IMG/VR virus record: IMGVR_UViG_2703718869_000013
Location: 32,001 to 96,000 of that record
Reading direction: 5' to 3' (one strand)
Length of the DNA: 64,000 nt
Source of the DNA: a virus
Taxonomy: Duplodnaviria > Heunggongvirae > Uroviricota > Caudoviricetes
Notes under the pieces: generated by a model
What the model was told of the DNA's origin: nothing
What the model saw: only the letters and a program-made list of their open reading frames with translations
Database searches by the model: none
Shown: positions 30,294-39,365 of the stretch, in pieces
Layout: the number at the start of each line of letters is the position of its first letter
Numbering within the stretch: the stretch's first letter is position 1
Translations under genes and position numbers: made by a program

Positions 30294-31625
30294 CATCCTC
30301 CACGCCCCGAAGGGCGTGGATTCCTGCTACGTTCAGGCTGTCGCCTGAATCATTTCGGTGGGTTCCTGCTTCAACGGGCGGCCTGACTGCACCATCCCTC
30401 CACAGGCAAGTACGGCGTGTCCCGCCGCTAAAATGTTACGAGCGCCGTTTACATCGGCGTTCGCTGTATATCCACATACCTGGCATCTGAATTTACTTTG
30501 TGACAGGCGATTTTCTTTCGCTGTATGACCACAGCACGCGCAACGCTGGCTTGTGTACGCTGGCGGAACAGCAAGCACCTGACCGCCACGCCAGAGCTGC
30601 TTGTACTCAAGCTGGCGGCGCATTTCATACCAGCCCTGATCCAGTATCGAACGGTTTAAACCTGATTTTGCCCGGACATTGCGACCCGGATGACTTATCG
30701 TTCCCGCCGCTGACTTTGACATGTATTTAACCTTCAAATCCTCAATGACAATCATTGCGTGGTTTTTGCTGATGATCGTTGTGACTTTATGAAGGTAGTC
30801 TCTGCGGATATTTGCGATACGAAAATGCAGTCGCTGTATTTTGCGTTTCTGCTTCTGCCAGTTGTTGCTGAATTTGACCTTGCGGCTTAACTGTCGCTGA
30901 AGTCTCGCCAGCTTCTTCTGGTTTTTCTGAAAACTGTTTACAGGCTCAAAGACTGTGCCATCTGACAGCGTGGCGAGTTTAGCCACGCCAGCATCCAGCC
31001 CGATCATTGATGCTGAAGGGTGAACCGGAGTGGATATTTCACTTTCTGTCTGAATACTGATGTACCACTTACCGCAGGACTGGCTGACAGTGACATTTTT
31101 CACAACTCCCGTGACCTGACGGCTATTCCGGTAGCGCATCCAGCCCAGTTTCGGCAGAAAAATACGGCTGTTTTCCTGATCGAGCTTAACGCCCTGCGGG
31201 TAGCGAAATGCATCATTCTGTCCCCGCTTTTTGAATCGGGGAAAAGCAGCCCGATTCTGGAAGAAGTTTTTGTAAGCCCGCTCAAGGTCTTTCAGTGACT
31301 GTTGCAATGGCTGTGAGGGAGAATCTATAAGCCATTCGGTTTCAGTGTCTTTTTTCCACTCAACCAACCAGGAAGCCATTTTCGTGTAAGGGATGTATTT
31401 TTTACCGGCCTCATGATTCTCATTCTGAAGCGCCAGAGCACGGTTGAAAACGAAACGACAAGCTCCGGCAAAGTGCCTCATTTGACACTCCTGTTGACCA
31501 TCTGGTTTTAACCGGAATTTGAATGACACCTGTTGTTTCATGTCACTATTTTAAGCAAAAATAGCCGGGAGGAAAACTGTGCCTTATATCCCCACTATGA
31601 GGAGCGTAGGGGGCGGCACATTGGA
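30294..31625 (-). mobile_element. TnpB-only IS200/IS605-family element (approximate ends)
   Basis: Single tnpB gene, no tnpA; perfect hairpin CCACGCCC-cgaa-GGGCGTGG at about 30300-30319 next to the tnpB 3' end; imperfect hairpin near the other end; element ends are inferred. Confidence 0.6.
30333..31541 (-). CDS. tnpB: TnpB (RuvC-like, zinc-ribbon) transposon-associated nuclease
   Basis: 402 aa; C-terminal CACCGH..C..CGY zinc-ribbon and RuvC-like segments typical of OrfB/TnpB. Confidence 0.85.
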   Translation of the reverse strand: MKQQVSFKFRLKPDGQQECQMRHFAGACRFVFNRALALQNENHEAGKKYIPYTKMASWLVEWKKDTETEWLIDSPSQPLQQSLKDLERAYKNFFQNRAAFPRFKKRGQNDAFRYPQGVKLDQENSRIFLPKLGWMRYRNSRQVTGVVKNVTVSQSCGKWYISIQTESEISTPVHPSASMIGLDAGVAKLATLSDGTVFEPVNSFQKNQKKLARLQRQLSRKVKFSNNWQKQKRKIQRLHFRIANIRRDYLHKVTTIISKNHAMIVIEDLKVKYMSKSAAGTISHPGRNVRAKSGLNRSILDQGWYEMRRQLEYKQLWRGGQVLAVPPAYTSQRCACCGHTAKENRLSQSKFRCQVCGYTANADVNGARNILAAGHAVLACGGMVQSGRPLKQEPTEMIQATA

Positions 31626-31640
31626 TAAGGCGTAACAGGG

Positions 31641-34628
31641 ATGAGCTTAAGCGATCAGGTGGTAATGGCCACCAGCATAGAAACGCTGATCGAGCTGCTA
31701 AAGAACCTGCCCGATTATGGGCGGGTTTCGTATGTGGTGACAGCGAAGGGAGACGAGGTAAAAACAGCGTTTGATATCGTCGATGCCTCAGTTCTTTTGG
31801 TATCCAATACTCTGGATGGGAAAATTAATCCAGACTATCCCCAGGAACTTCAGCCGCGCGACCGGACCCGCGCATCCAGCCTTCTTCAGGTTAACCAGAT
31901 ATCCAAAGATTTGCGGCCTGCTCAGCTTACCGATTCCGGTTTATCCAGCCATGGCGCGCCGATAATTGGTGAGGACAATGCCGTTGAGTCAGGTAATGGA
32001 CGGACCATGGGGATCATCAAAGCCTATCAGGACGGCAATGCGGATCGGTATCGTGAGTACCTGATTGATCATGCGACCGAATTCGGCATACGACCTGAAA
32101 AGGTTGAATCAATGACGGCTCCGGTACTGGTGCGCCGCCGGTTAACTAAGGTTGACCGCGTTCAGTTTGCCAAGGACTCAAATATTTCTGATCTTCAGGA
32201 AATGGCAGCCAGTGAAAAGGCTTTTGTTGATGCCGACAGCATAACACCGGCGATGATGGCGCTTTTTAACCCGTCAGAAAGCGGAGATCTGCTTAGCCGC
32301 AGTAATGACGCGTTTATTCGCGGATTTATGACGCAAGTTGGTGCCACACAGGCGGCTGGCCTTGTAACTGAAGATGGGCGACCAACACGGCAACTTGTTG
32401 ACCGTATACAAAACGCGATCTTTGCCAAGGCATATAAGGATGCGCGCCTGGTAAGGATGGTTGCAGAAGAACCTGATCCGGATATGCGTAATGTTCTGAC
32501 GGCGCTTAATGCGGCAGCCAATGATTTTGTCCAGATGCAGGCTTTATCAGGAGAAGCGCACAAGCAGGCTGTGACAACTATTGTTGATGGCATTGAGACA
32601 GCGGATAGCCTCGATAAAAAGGCGCTGGCGGCATTGAAAGATGCGGTAGACCTGGTAAGGCAATCGAAGGAGTCAGGCCAGCATATTACCGATGTTATTG
32701 CTCAGGGGGATATGTTCAGCGAAACGGCCCCGGAAGTGAAAGCACTCGCGTTGTTCATCGTCGCGAATAACCGTAGCGCGAAGCGTATGGCCACCGCCTT
32801 TAAGTTGATGGCGCAACGTATCAATGATGAGTTACAGCACCAGGGCCAGGCGCTCGGGGATATGTTTGGCGGCGGCGATGTGTCGTTACAGGATATCCTT
32901 CGCCAAGTATCTCAGGAACTGGAAAACGAAGGTATGCAAGGGATATCTGGCGGTCTTTTCGAGTCAGCTTCTGGCGGTAGTTACAACGGTGTTGCTCCAT
33001 ATACCAGCTTGCTATTACATCGGGCATCCGGCATCAAAGACATTATTCATCTGATCAGGCTGCTTTCCCGTACAGATCCCCAGGATGAACAGCTTGTTCA
33101 AGTGCTTGCGCATTTTGTTCGAATGCCTGTTGCCGACGTGAAAAAATGGTGCCGATTATTCGGTATCAGCAATTCGTTACTTCGCGGCTTGTTAAATCAC
33201 GCATCCTCCCTTGGGCGCGATGGCTTTGACGAGATAGCGCAGGCGATAAAAAACGGAGATATGCCACCAGCTATTGACTGGTTTTCCATTCGCCCAACCA
33301 GGGTGAAAGCATTCCTTAGCGCGGCGCATTCGGCATCACCATTGGCAGAAATGGTTCAGAGGTTATCGCTCATATTCACAGACCATACCGCGTTGGGTGA
33401 TCTGACTCTGGACGAGATGAAAGAAGCCTCCATTCAGTGGGCCGATCAACAAAATGAGGTTAACTCAGACTTCTTGCCAGCATTCAGGAAGGCCGTTAGT
33501 AAAGCGGATGATGCCCGTGGAATTCTGAAGGCATTTAAGGCATTGCAAAGTCGGGTTAATAAACATGTCGGTGATATCGATGGGGTAACGGCGGAAGGCA
33601 GGGATATCCTTAAAGAGCACGGCATAACGCCAGAGTTTATTGATGAGATCAGGACGGATATGCAGCGTGAGGTCGTATCGTCCCTGCAAATTGTAGTCAG
33701 AGCGTTGGCGGATGCTAATCCGAAGAGTGCGGCCATTGTTAACCGGGTTATTGGTGATATTGAAGCATCGGAGGGCATGGGGGCGCTGAAACACTTCCTT
33801 TCGCGAGCGTTTAATCCTAACGGCAATATTCTCCCCGGCATTATTGGTGAGGCTAAAAAGTATGTCAGCGAAGAAGAACTTGAGCATCTTGACCAACTAC
33901 TTAAGCGATTCTCATATAACCCGCAGACACGCTGGCAAATGAATCAGCGAAGTATGGGTTCGGTCCACGAGAAAGTGTTATCCGCCATGAACAGTGCGAT
34001 CGCCAACTCATCCGTATCTGAAGAAAAAGCTCTTGAGTGGGCCGACTCTTTTATCACGGAAGAAGTGGAAGAAGCCCGCGCTGGACAGAATGGTGGGATA
34101 GACCTGCGCAAGGAACTTGCTGATATTTATCGCCTGACCGGCGGTAAAATTTCGACCTTATCAAAGGTGGTTCACCACCAGGGAAGGGCATATGCAAATC
34201 TTAATGGTGTTGTTGCTGTCAATTTGAACGATGAAAATGCAAGTGCACTGTGGCACGAGCTGGGTCATCATCTTGAGTACAGTAACCCAGGTTTGTTAGA
34301 GAAAGCCCGGTCATTCCTGAAGGCCAATGTTGAAGGGGATAAGCCATCTTTCGTCAATATCGGTGGGCGTGGCAAGCCTGAATGGTGCTTCAGATCTCGA
34401 TTGAGTAATATTTATATGGCGAAGGTATACCCGCCAGCCTCAGTAAGTAACACCGGGAAAATTCGGCAGAAATCACCGACTATTTCCAAAACGTCAGCAA
34501 CGGAAGTATTCTCTATGGCTCTTCAGTTGTATCATGGCAAAGAGGCCGCTGCCGCATCACTGATGAATGGTGACGGATTGCTGGAACTGTTATTAGGTGT
34601 GGCAAAGGAGCTAAATAATGCAGATTAA
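31641..34628 (+). CDS. Large hypothetical protein (DdrB position in Dar-like operon)
   Basis: 995-aa ORF; by position and size only. Confidence 0.45.
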   Translation: MSLSDQVVMATSIETLIELLKNLPDYGRVSYVVTAKGDEVKTAFDIVDASVLLVSNTLDGKINPDYPQELQPRDRTRASSLLQVNQISKDLRPAQLTDSGLSSHGAPIIGEDNAVESGNGRTMGIIKAYQDGNADRYREYLIDHATEFGIRPEKVESMTAPVLVRRRLTKVDRVQFAKDSNISDLQEMAASEKAFVDADSITPAMMALFNPSESGDLLSRSNDAFIRGFMTQVGATQAAGLVTEDGRPTRQLVDRIQNAIFAKAYKDARLVRMVAEEPDPDMRNVLTALNAAANDFVQMQALSGEAHKQAVTTIVDGIETADSLDKKALAALKDAVDLVRQSKESGQHITDVIAQGDMFSETAPEVKALALFIVANNRSAKRMATAFKLMAQRINDELQHQGQALGDMFGGGDVSLQDILRQVSQELENEGMQGISGGLFESASGGSYNGVAPYTSLLLHRASGIKDIIHLIRLLSRTDPQDEQLVQVLAHFVRMPVADVKKWCRLFGISNSLLRGLLNHASSLGRDGFDEIAQAIKNGDMPPAIDWFSIRPTRVKAFLSAAHSASPLAEMVQRLSLIFTDHTALGDLTLDEMKEASIQWADQQNEVNSDFLPAFRKAVSKADDARGILKAFKALQSRVNKHVGDIDGVTAEGRDILKEHGITPEFIDEIRTDMQREVVSSLQIVVRALADANPKSAAIVNRVIGDIEASEGMGALKHFLSRAFNPNGNILPGIIGEAKKYVSEEELEHLDQLLKRFSYNPQTRWQMNQRSMGSVHEKVLSAMNSAIANSSVSEEKALEWADSFITEEVEEARAGQNGGIDLRKELADIYRLTGGKISTLSKVVHHQGRAYANLNGVVAVNLNDENASALWHELGHHLEYSNPGLLEKARSFLKANVEGDKPSFVNIGGRGKPEWCFRSRLSNIYMAKVYPPASVSNTGKIRQKSPTISKTSATEVFSMALQLYHGKEAAAASLMNGDGLLELLLGVAKELNNAD

Positions 34629-34938
34629 AATCGCAGCGCCATTAGGTGGAGATGCCATTATCGAATTTGATGATAATGAAGAAGTTTCCGGGCGTTTAAG
34701 CATTATCTCCGGTGACATTACCGAGGACATGATCGCTGAAGCCATAGCTGGGGCAAATCCCAATAGCTATATGGGATTCGTTAACACCCTTGATGCTCCC
34801 GCAAGTGATGTTCTCCGAACGCTGCATCTTTACGCTGGCTGGTTTGTTGATTGGCCAGCAGTAGATGGTGGCGATGAGGATGATGATGACGATGAAGAGG
34901 GTTTTAGTGATGAAACAGTCAACCAACTCTTGTATTGA
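34618..34938 (+). CDS. Hypothetical acidic protein (poly-D/E tail)
   Basis: 106-aa ORF overlapping the previous stop; DEDDDDDEEG tail. Confidence 0.5.
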   Translation: MQIKIAAPLGGDAIIEFDDNEEVSGRLSIISGDITEDMIAEAIAGANPNSYMGFVNTLDAPASDVLRTLHLYAGWFVDWPAVDGGDEDDDDDEEGFSDETVNQLLY

Positions 34939-35068
34939 CAGGAATTGGCATAGAATTGATTGTTCAAATTTCATCCATCACATAGACGACTTCATGTTAT
35001 TTGCCTGATAATTATGGCCTTAATAACCCATGTATATCTTTTGGGTTATATTCTTATCTTTAACAAGG

Positions 35069-35112
35069 TTATAAGAGCGACAATGATAAATTTATCACTA
35101 TCGCTCTTATAA
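35069..35112. repeat. 44-bp near-perfect AT-rich palindrome (TTATAAGAGCGA..GATAAATTTATC..TCGCTCTTATAA)
   Basis: Arms differ only at the caat/tagt positions; lies between convergent genes. Confidence 0.6.
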
Positions 35113-35141
35113 CTCTTTGTTAGCTATAGCTTTAAACAAAT

Positions 35142-35429
35142 TTAGTTTTGAGGCAATGCAACAAAAGTCAGCTCTTGATCTTTGATTAATGCTTTTGTTT
35201 GTTTGGATGTAATTCCCACTTTAGTTTTTACATCATTGTGGAGCTTCTTATACGCTTTTATTTCATCTGCTGTATATCGGAAGCCATTTGCACTGTTACT
35301 GGACAGTTGAAGTGCGATTACGTCATCACTGACACCCGCATCGCTTAGCTTAGCTATGCGGGTAATAGTGTGGCCTGCGCGAGTGTTTGTGGTGGATATT
35401 TTGTCTAAGAAATTGTTCAGTTTTTCCAT
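35142..35429 (-). CDS. Hypothetical protein
   Basis: 95-aa ORF with ATG start; no motif recognised. Confidence 0.5.
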   Translation of the reverse strand: MEKLNNFLDKISTTNTRAGHTITRIAKLSDAGVSDDVIALQLSSNSANGFRYTADEIKAYKKLHNDVKTKVGITSKQTKALIKDQELTFVALPQN

Positions 35430-35647
35430 TGTTTACAACCTCTTACTTGAGTTTATTGCCAGTAGAATTGCCACTATTCTTTTGCCTCAACGAATCACAA
35501 TGTACTGGAATAAGAAACTATGAGCAATACTTACGCTTTGCGAATACAGAAGATGAATAATCAACTTATTACTAAAATGTTAATAATATTATTCTGTTAC
35601 ATAGTGTTCGCTATAACAATCGGGAGTTGAATGCTAATTCAATAAAT

Positions 35648-35677
35648 AAAGAACCCGCCAATTGGCGGGTTCTTTTT
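35648..35677. terminator. Bidirectional-type terminator (AAAGAACCCGCC-aatt-GGCGGGTTCTTTTT)
   Basis: Perfect stem flanked by A-run and T-run. Confidence 0.7.
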
Positions 35678-36458
35678 AATCACTTTCCACTTCTTCCGTG
35701 GTGTTTTCTTGCAGTTCTGTTAATGCAGCACGACATAGGTTCCGGGCATTGGCTATAGCCACACTTTTGACTTCATCCGTCATCGTGCAGGTAATGTACT
35801 GATCGAGTTCTTCAGCGCGGATGATGCTTTTGCCAATCAGAAACTGTATTTGCCAGAGCAGATCGGCATCCATAATCAGAATTTCTGCCGGGCCTTCAGG
35901 GCCAGCCGGGAAGGAAACATAAGACTGTTTGCCCAGGCCGACAACTCGACAACTTGCTTCAAGAATTGCGCGCTTGAGGTCTGACTTTATAACGGAAACA
36001 GGTTGATTTTCACCAGTGATTACGCCGTTGACATGGAAAGGCATGTAGCTTGAAATACGCTCCACTTTCCACACACCAGCAAGCGATCCTTCATGCAGCA
36101 CAATGGGGGTAACCGCGAGTTTCATCTCACCATATAGCTGCTGGCAGATAGCTGGATTGCTGAATACATCTAAAGGCTCACATTCAAACAGCGGCGCAAT
36201 CTGCATGAGGTCCATCATGGTCATCCCTGGGGTACGAGCAGTAATGAATCTGCGCATACCAGTATCCATTGCGCTCCAGATTGCTACACCATGCTTTTTG
36301 CTCACTTCTTCAGTAAAGCCAAGGTGGCACATGATGGTTTTTTCGATAGCCAGATCAGAGATCGAAACCTTTTCGCCAGGCACACCATCATTATTGATGG
36401 TCACTTCGACACTCTGACCATTACGCAGGCGGTATTGAATTGCTTTAGTATTTTCCAC
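35676..36458 (-). CDS. Hypothetical protein
   Basis: 260-aa ORF, GTG start, co-oriented with upstream DUF2829-like gene. Confidence 0.55.
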   Translation of the reverse strand: MENTKAIQYRLRNGQSVEVTINNDGVPGEKVSISDLAIEKTIMCHLGFTEEVSKKHGVAIWSAMDTGMRRFITARTPGMTMMDLMQIAPLFECEPLDVFSNPAICQQLYGEMKLAVTPIVLHEGSLAGVWKVERISSYMPFHVNGVITGENQPVSVIKSDLKRAILEASCRVVGLGKQSYVSFPAGPEGPAEILIMDADLLWQIQFLIGKSIIRAEELDQYITCTMTDEVKSVAIANARNLCRAALTELQENTTEEVESD

Positions 36459-36464
36459 GTTAAA

Positions 36465-37142
36465 TCACTCCACTACAAACCAGTCACATGCCAGTAAGTC
36501 GCCTACAGAAGGAACCCACGGAACAACTACACCTTGTGCATTTTTTAAGGCGAAATAAGCACCATACGGAACGAGGTCGCCGGGGAAATATCCCTTAATG
36601 GCTTCCATTCGTGCCGGGTACTGTCCTTCAGGAACCAGCCAGCAGAATTGGTTTTCGCCGTTCCACCCGCGTCGGGCAACTTTCTTGCCATCCTTCAGCC
36701 ACATCAGCGCGTCAGAAAAGTCGGCTGCTTCAAGGTCGATTTCTTCTTGTAGAGTAGCGATACCGCCAGCAGAAATAGTTACGTCCCTGGCTGTAATGAA
36801 TGTCACCCCATTGTGACCTTCAATGCTGAGCGATACCCCATTTTCGAAGAAGTCGTTAGTCCGACTAAAGCCTTCTTCAAATGTTTTTTCTGGCGAATAG
36901 GACAGAGATCCGTCCTCATAAGCGACCAGATATCCGCCAATTTCTGGTCGGTGTTTTTGCAAAAATATTTTATCAACATGGACTTTTACCCCTTCTGGCT
37001 CAACGACTTCGATGTTGCAAAAAAGGACCACATCCATTAGGGCGATAATTTCGATATCTTTGATTTTTGAGGCGCGAACTGTTTTATGGCTTTTGTATTT
37101 TGGAAGTGCCGTCAAAAGCTCTTTCGTTGTCATGTTATTCAT
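36465..37142 (-). CDS. Hypothetical protein with C-terminal DUF2829-like (Tad2-type) domain
   Basis: C-terminal FSDALMWLKDGKKVARRGWNGENQF...DWFVVE matches the DUF2829 pattern as recalled; N-terminal 130 aa unassigned. Confidence 0.5.
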   Translation of the reverse strand: MNNMTTKELLTALPKYKSHKTVRASKIKDIEIIALMDVVLFCNIEVVEPEGVKVHVDKIFLQKHRPEIGGYLVAYEDGSLSYSPEKTFEEGFSRTNDFFENGVSLSIEGHNGVTFITARDVTISAGGIATLQEEIDLEAADFSDALMWLKDGKKVARRGWNGENQFCWLVPEGQYPARMEAIKGYFPGDLVPYGAYFALKNAQGVVVPWVPSVGDLLACDWFVVE

Positions 37143-37339
37143 AGTCTTTCCTCTGCTTAAAACCTGATGTATTGCGCCTTCAGGTGGGTCAGGAATGTTT
37201 TCCCACCAGCGAACGCAATATCTCGGGGTGTTCTATTCGTTAAAAGCGCGTGCCATTGCCAACTTTGGCGTTTTTGAGCGAGTTCGTGCTTTTGTCGGCG
37301 TCTGGACCACCGCTTTTTTTTCAGTCGTTTTTTACACAT

Positions 37340-37828
37340 TCAAAACGGAATATCGTCGTCAAAGTCCATTGGAGGTTCGTTATTAGCGTTGCTCTGAGGT
37401 TTACCGCCACCACTGTATTGCTGGTGGTTTTGAGGTTGGTTTGATTGCCCCCAGCCATTTGTGGACTGTGAATCGTCGCGACGAGCGCCGATCATTTGCA
37501 TGGTGCCGCCCTGGCTGACGATAATTTCCGTCGTGTAACGTTCTACACCGGCGTCATCTGTCCACTTACGGGTTTTAAGTTTCCCTTCGATGTAGACCTG
37601 AGAACCTTTTCGTAAATACTCACTCGCAATTTCAGCAAGTTTTCCGAACAAAACGACTTTATGCCATTCTGTTTGCTCTTTCTGTTGGCCCGTTTGCTTG
37701 TCGCGCCATGATTCATTCGTTGCGATGCTGAGTCTTCCGACCGCTCCGCCATTTGGTATATACCTGATCTCCGGGTCTTGCCCCAGGGTACCAATCAGGA
37801 TGACTTTGTTTACACCGCGTTGTGCCAC
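37340..37828 (-). CDS. ssb: Single-stranded DNA-binding protein
   Basis: OB-fold SSB sequence with Gly/Gln-rich linker and acidic DDDIPF tail. Confidence 0.95.
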   Translation of the reverse strand: MAQRGVNKVILIGTLGQDPEIRYIPNGGAVGRLSIATNESWRDKQTGQQKEQTEWHKVVLFGKLAEIASEYLRKGSQVYIEGKLKTRKWTDDAGVERYTTEIIVSQGGTMQMIGARRDDSQSTNGWGQSNQPQNHQQYSGGGKPQSNANNEPPMDFDDDIPF

Positions 37829-37846
37829 TTATCTTACCTAATAAAA

Positions 37847-37863
37847 TAAATTAATTAGAGCAA
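37847..37863. promoter_or_regulatory. C1-operator-like site between ssb and lyz
   Basis: 16/17 match to the operator 17-mer. Confidence 0.55.
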
Positions 37864-37886
37864 TAATGTATATCTTTGAAACGTAG

Positions 37887-37910
37887 CTAACAAGTGATTT
37901 GCATTATCCT
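37887..37910 (+). promoter_or_regulatory. Late-promoter-like motif upstream of lyz (CTAACAAGTGATTTGCATTATCCT)
   Basis: Shares ACAAGTGA(C/T)TT core with the motif upstream of the head gene. Confidence 0.45.
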
Positions 37911-37997
37911 GTGCCTTCTAAAGGGATCGAGTCAGTCGGTATTGGCTGTGAATGGGTGTTTGTCCTGGAGCGTAAAAAATTCGCTTATGAGGTCTTT

Positions 37998-38555
37998 ATG
38001 AAGGGAAAAACAGCCGCAGGAGGCGGTGCAATTTGCGCTATCGCGATGATGATTACCATCGTGATGGATAATGGCAATGTGCGAACCAACCAGGCGGGGC
38101 TTGAGCTTATCGGAAACGCTGAAGGTTGCCGACGTGATCCATACAAGTGCCCGGCGGGTGTATGGACCGACGGGATCGGTAATACACACGGGGTAACGCC
38201 TGGCGTGCGAAAAACCGACCAGCAAATCGCCGCTGATTGGGAAAAGAATATCCTGATCGCTGAACGCTGTATTAACCAGCACTTCCGGGGCAAAGACATG
38301 CCCGATAATGCCTTCAGCGCAATGACAAGCGCGGCATTCAATATGGGATGCAATAGTTTACGGACCTACTACAGCAAAGCGCGAGGCATGCGAGTCGAAA
38401 CGTCCATCCACAAGTGGGCGCAGAAAGGGGAATGGGTGAATATGTGTAACCATCTCCCTGATTTTGTGAACAGTAACGGCGTCCCCCTGCCCGGGTTAAA
38501 GATTCGCCGTGAAGAAGAACGCCAGCTTTGCCTGACGGGGCTTGTCAATGAATAA
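37998..38555 (+). CDS. lyz: SAR endolysin (T4-lysozyme-like, signal-anchor-release type)
   Basis: N-terminal Gly/Ala-rich weakly hydrophobic segment followed by lysozyme catalytic region, as in P1 Lyz; internal ATG at 37998 gives the 185-aa product, track start 37899 rejected. Confidence 0.9.
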   Translation: MKGKTAAGGGAICAIAMMITIVMDNGNVRTNQAGLELIGNAEGCRRDPYKCPAGVWTDGIGNTHGVTPGVRKTDQQIAADWEKNILIAERCINQHFRGKDMPDNAFSAMTSAAFNMGCNSLRTYYSKARGMRVETSIHKWAQKGEWVNMCNHLPDFVNSNGVPLPGLKIRREEERQLCLTGLVNE

Positions 38556-38799
38556 ACTCCGGCAGCTCCGCCGACTTTCGACAATGAAGTTATCGCTGGC
38601 GGCGATAGTTTTTGACTCGATTTTCATGGCGGTATATGTGCTCAATGAGACGTGGCCACTGGAACCACTATTATATGCCGGGCTTCGGCTGTGCCTGACA
38701 TTTTTGAGCATGGCTGCAAGATTGATGCAGCAGAAAGAAACCGCTTCAGATTGCCCACGTCGCGCGGTGCGCAAATATATGGCACGCAGGCGAAGATGA
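38542..38799 (+). CDS. Small membrane protein with basic C-terminus (holin/antiholin-like topology)
   Basis: 85-aa ORF overlapping lyz stop; two hydrophobic segments and RKYMARRRR tail; may be spurious. Confidence 0.35.
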   Translation: MSMNKLRQLRRLSTMKLSLAAIVFDSIFMAVYVLNETWPLEPLLYAGLRLCLTFLSMAARLMQQKETASDCPRRAVRKYMARRRR

Positions 38800-38809
38800 T
38801 TTAACCATT

Positions 38810-38843
38810 ATTGCTCTAATAAATTTGATTTATTAGAGCAAAT
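38810..38843. promoter_or_regulatory. Tandem inverted C1 operators (ATTGCTCTAATAAATTT / GATTTATTAGAGCAAAT) upstream of module B
   Basis: First half is a 17/17 match to the operator 17-mer, second half 15/17 in inverted orientation. Confidence 0.75.
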
Positions 38844-38924
38844 AACCTACCATCGAACACGGCTCTATTGATCTCATCGTCGTTCAGGCTTATAGTTCCA
38901 CCGTCGTAGCAAATTCTGCGACCA

Positions 38925-39125
38925 GGTTTGACAGCCTGAATACTTGTGCGGACAACCGCAGATTTCCGATATTGCGGTATTTTTGTGTCCGTAAAACCGC
39001 GTTACGCCCGAATTATGGTGGGGCGTGATGGGGAGGCTTCGGCCTGCTGGTTTCACAAGTGCCAGTCTGTCAACCCTGTCACGTCCTGCCACCTGTTTGA
39101 CAGCGGGTAGCAGGTTGTTAATTCA
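38925..39125 (+). ncRNA. c4: c4-like antisense RNA region (module B) with flanking target repeats
   Basis: Triples GTTTGACAG / CTGTCAACC / GTTTGACAG and ACTTGTG / CACAAGT / ACTTGTGAGG; GGCTTCGGCC hairpin; downstream target overlaps the icd Shine-Dalgarno. Confidence 0.6.
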
Positions 39126-39143
39126 ACTTGTGAGGCCGTAACT

Positions 39144-39365
39144 ATGGTTAATGCCAATCCTTGCGCACGCCAAGAATTCATCTGGCGTTTCTATTCCTGT
39201 AAAAAACACCACTATCACTTCGTTATCGCAGCAACTGAAGACGAAGCACGCTCTCAATTGCCTGATGGCCCCTGCATTTTTACTGCCCGTTTTTCAACTA
39301 ACTCGCGCAATTCACTTAGTTACTGGAGCCTCCCCTTCTCTGCCGACGTTCAGGGGGGTTTATGA
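39144..39365 (+). CDS. icd: Icd-like small protein (module B)
   Basis: 73 codons; stop overlaps ant ATG (ATGA). Confidence 0.75.
   Translation: MVNANPCARQEFIWRFYSCKKHHYHFVIAATEDEARSQLPDGPCIFTARFSTNSRNSLSYWSLPFSADVQGGL

Noticed and set aside
37899-37997. TTG-initiated N-terminal extension of the endolysin
   Set aside because: The internal ATG gives the 185-aa SAR endolysin with the expected N-terminus; the extension overlaps the promoter region.
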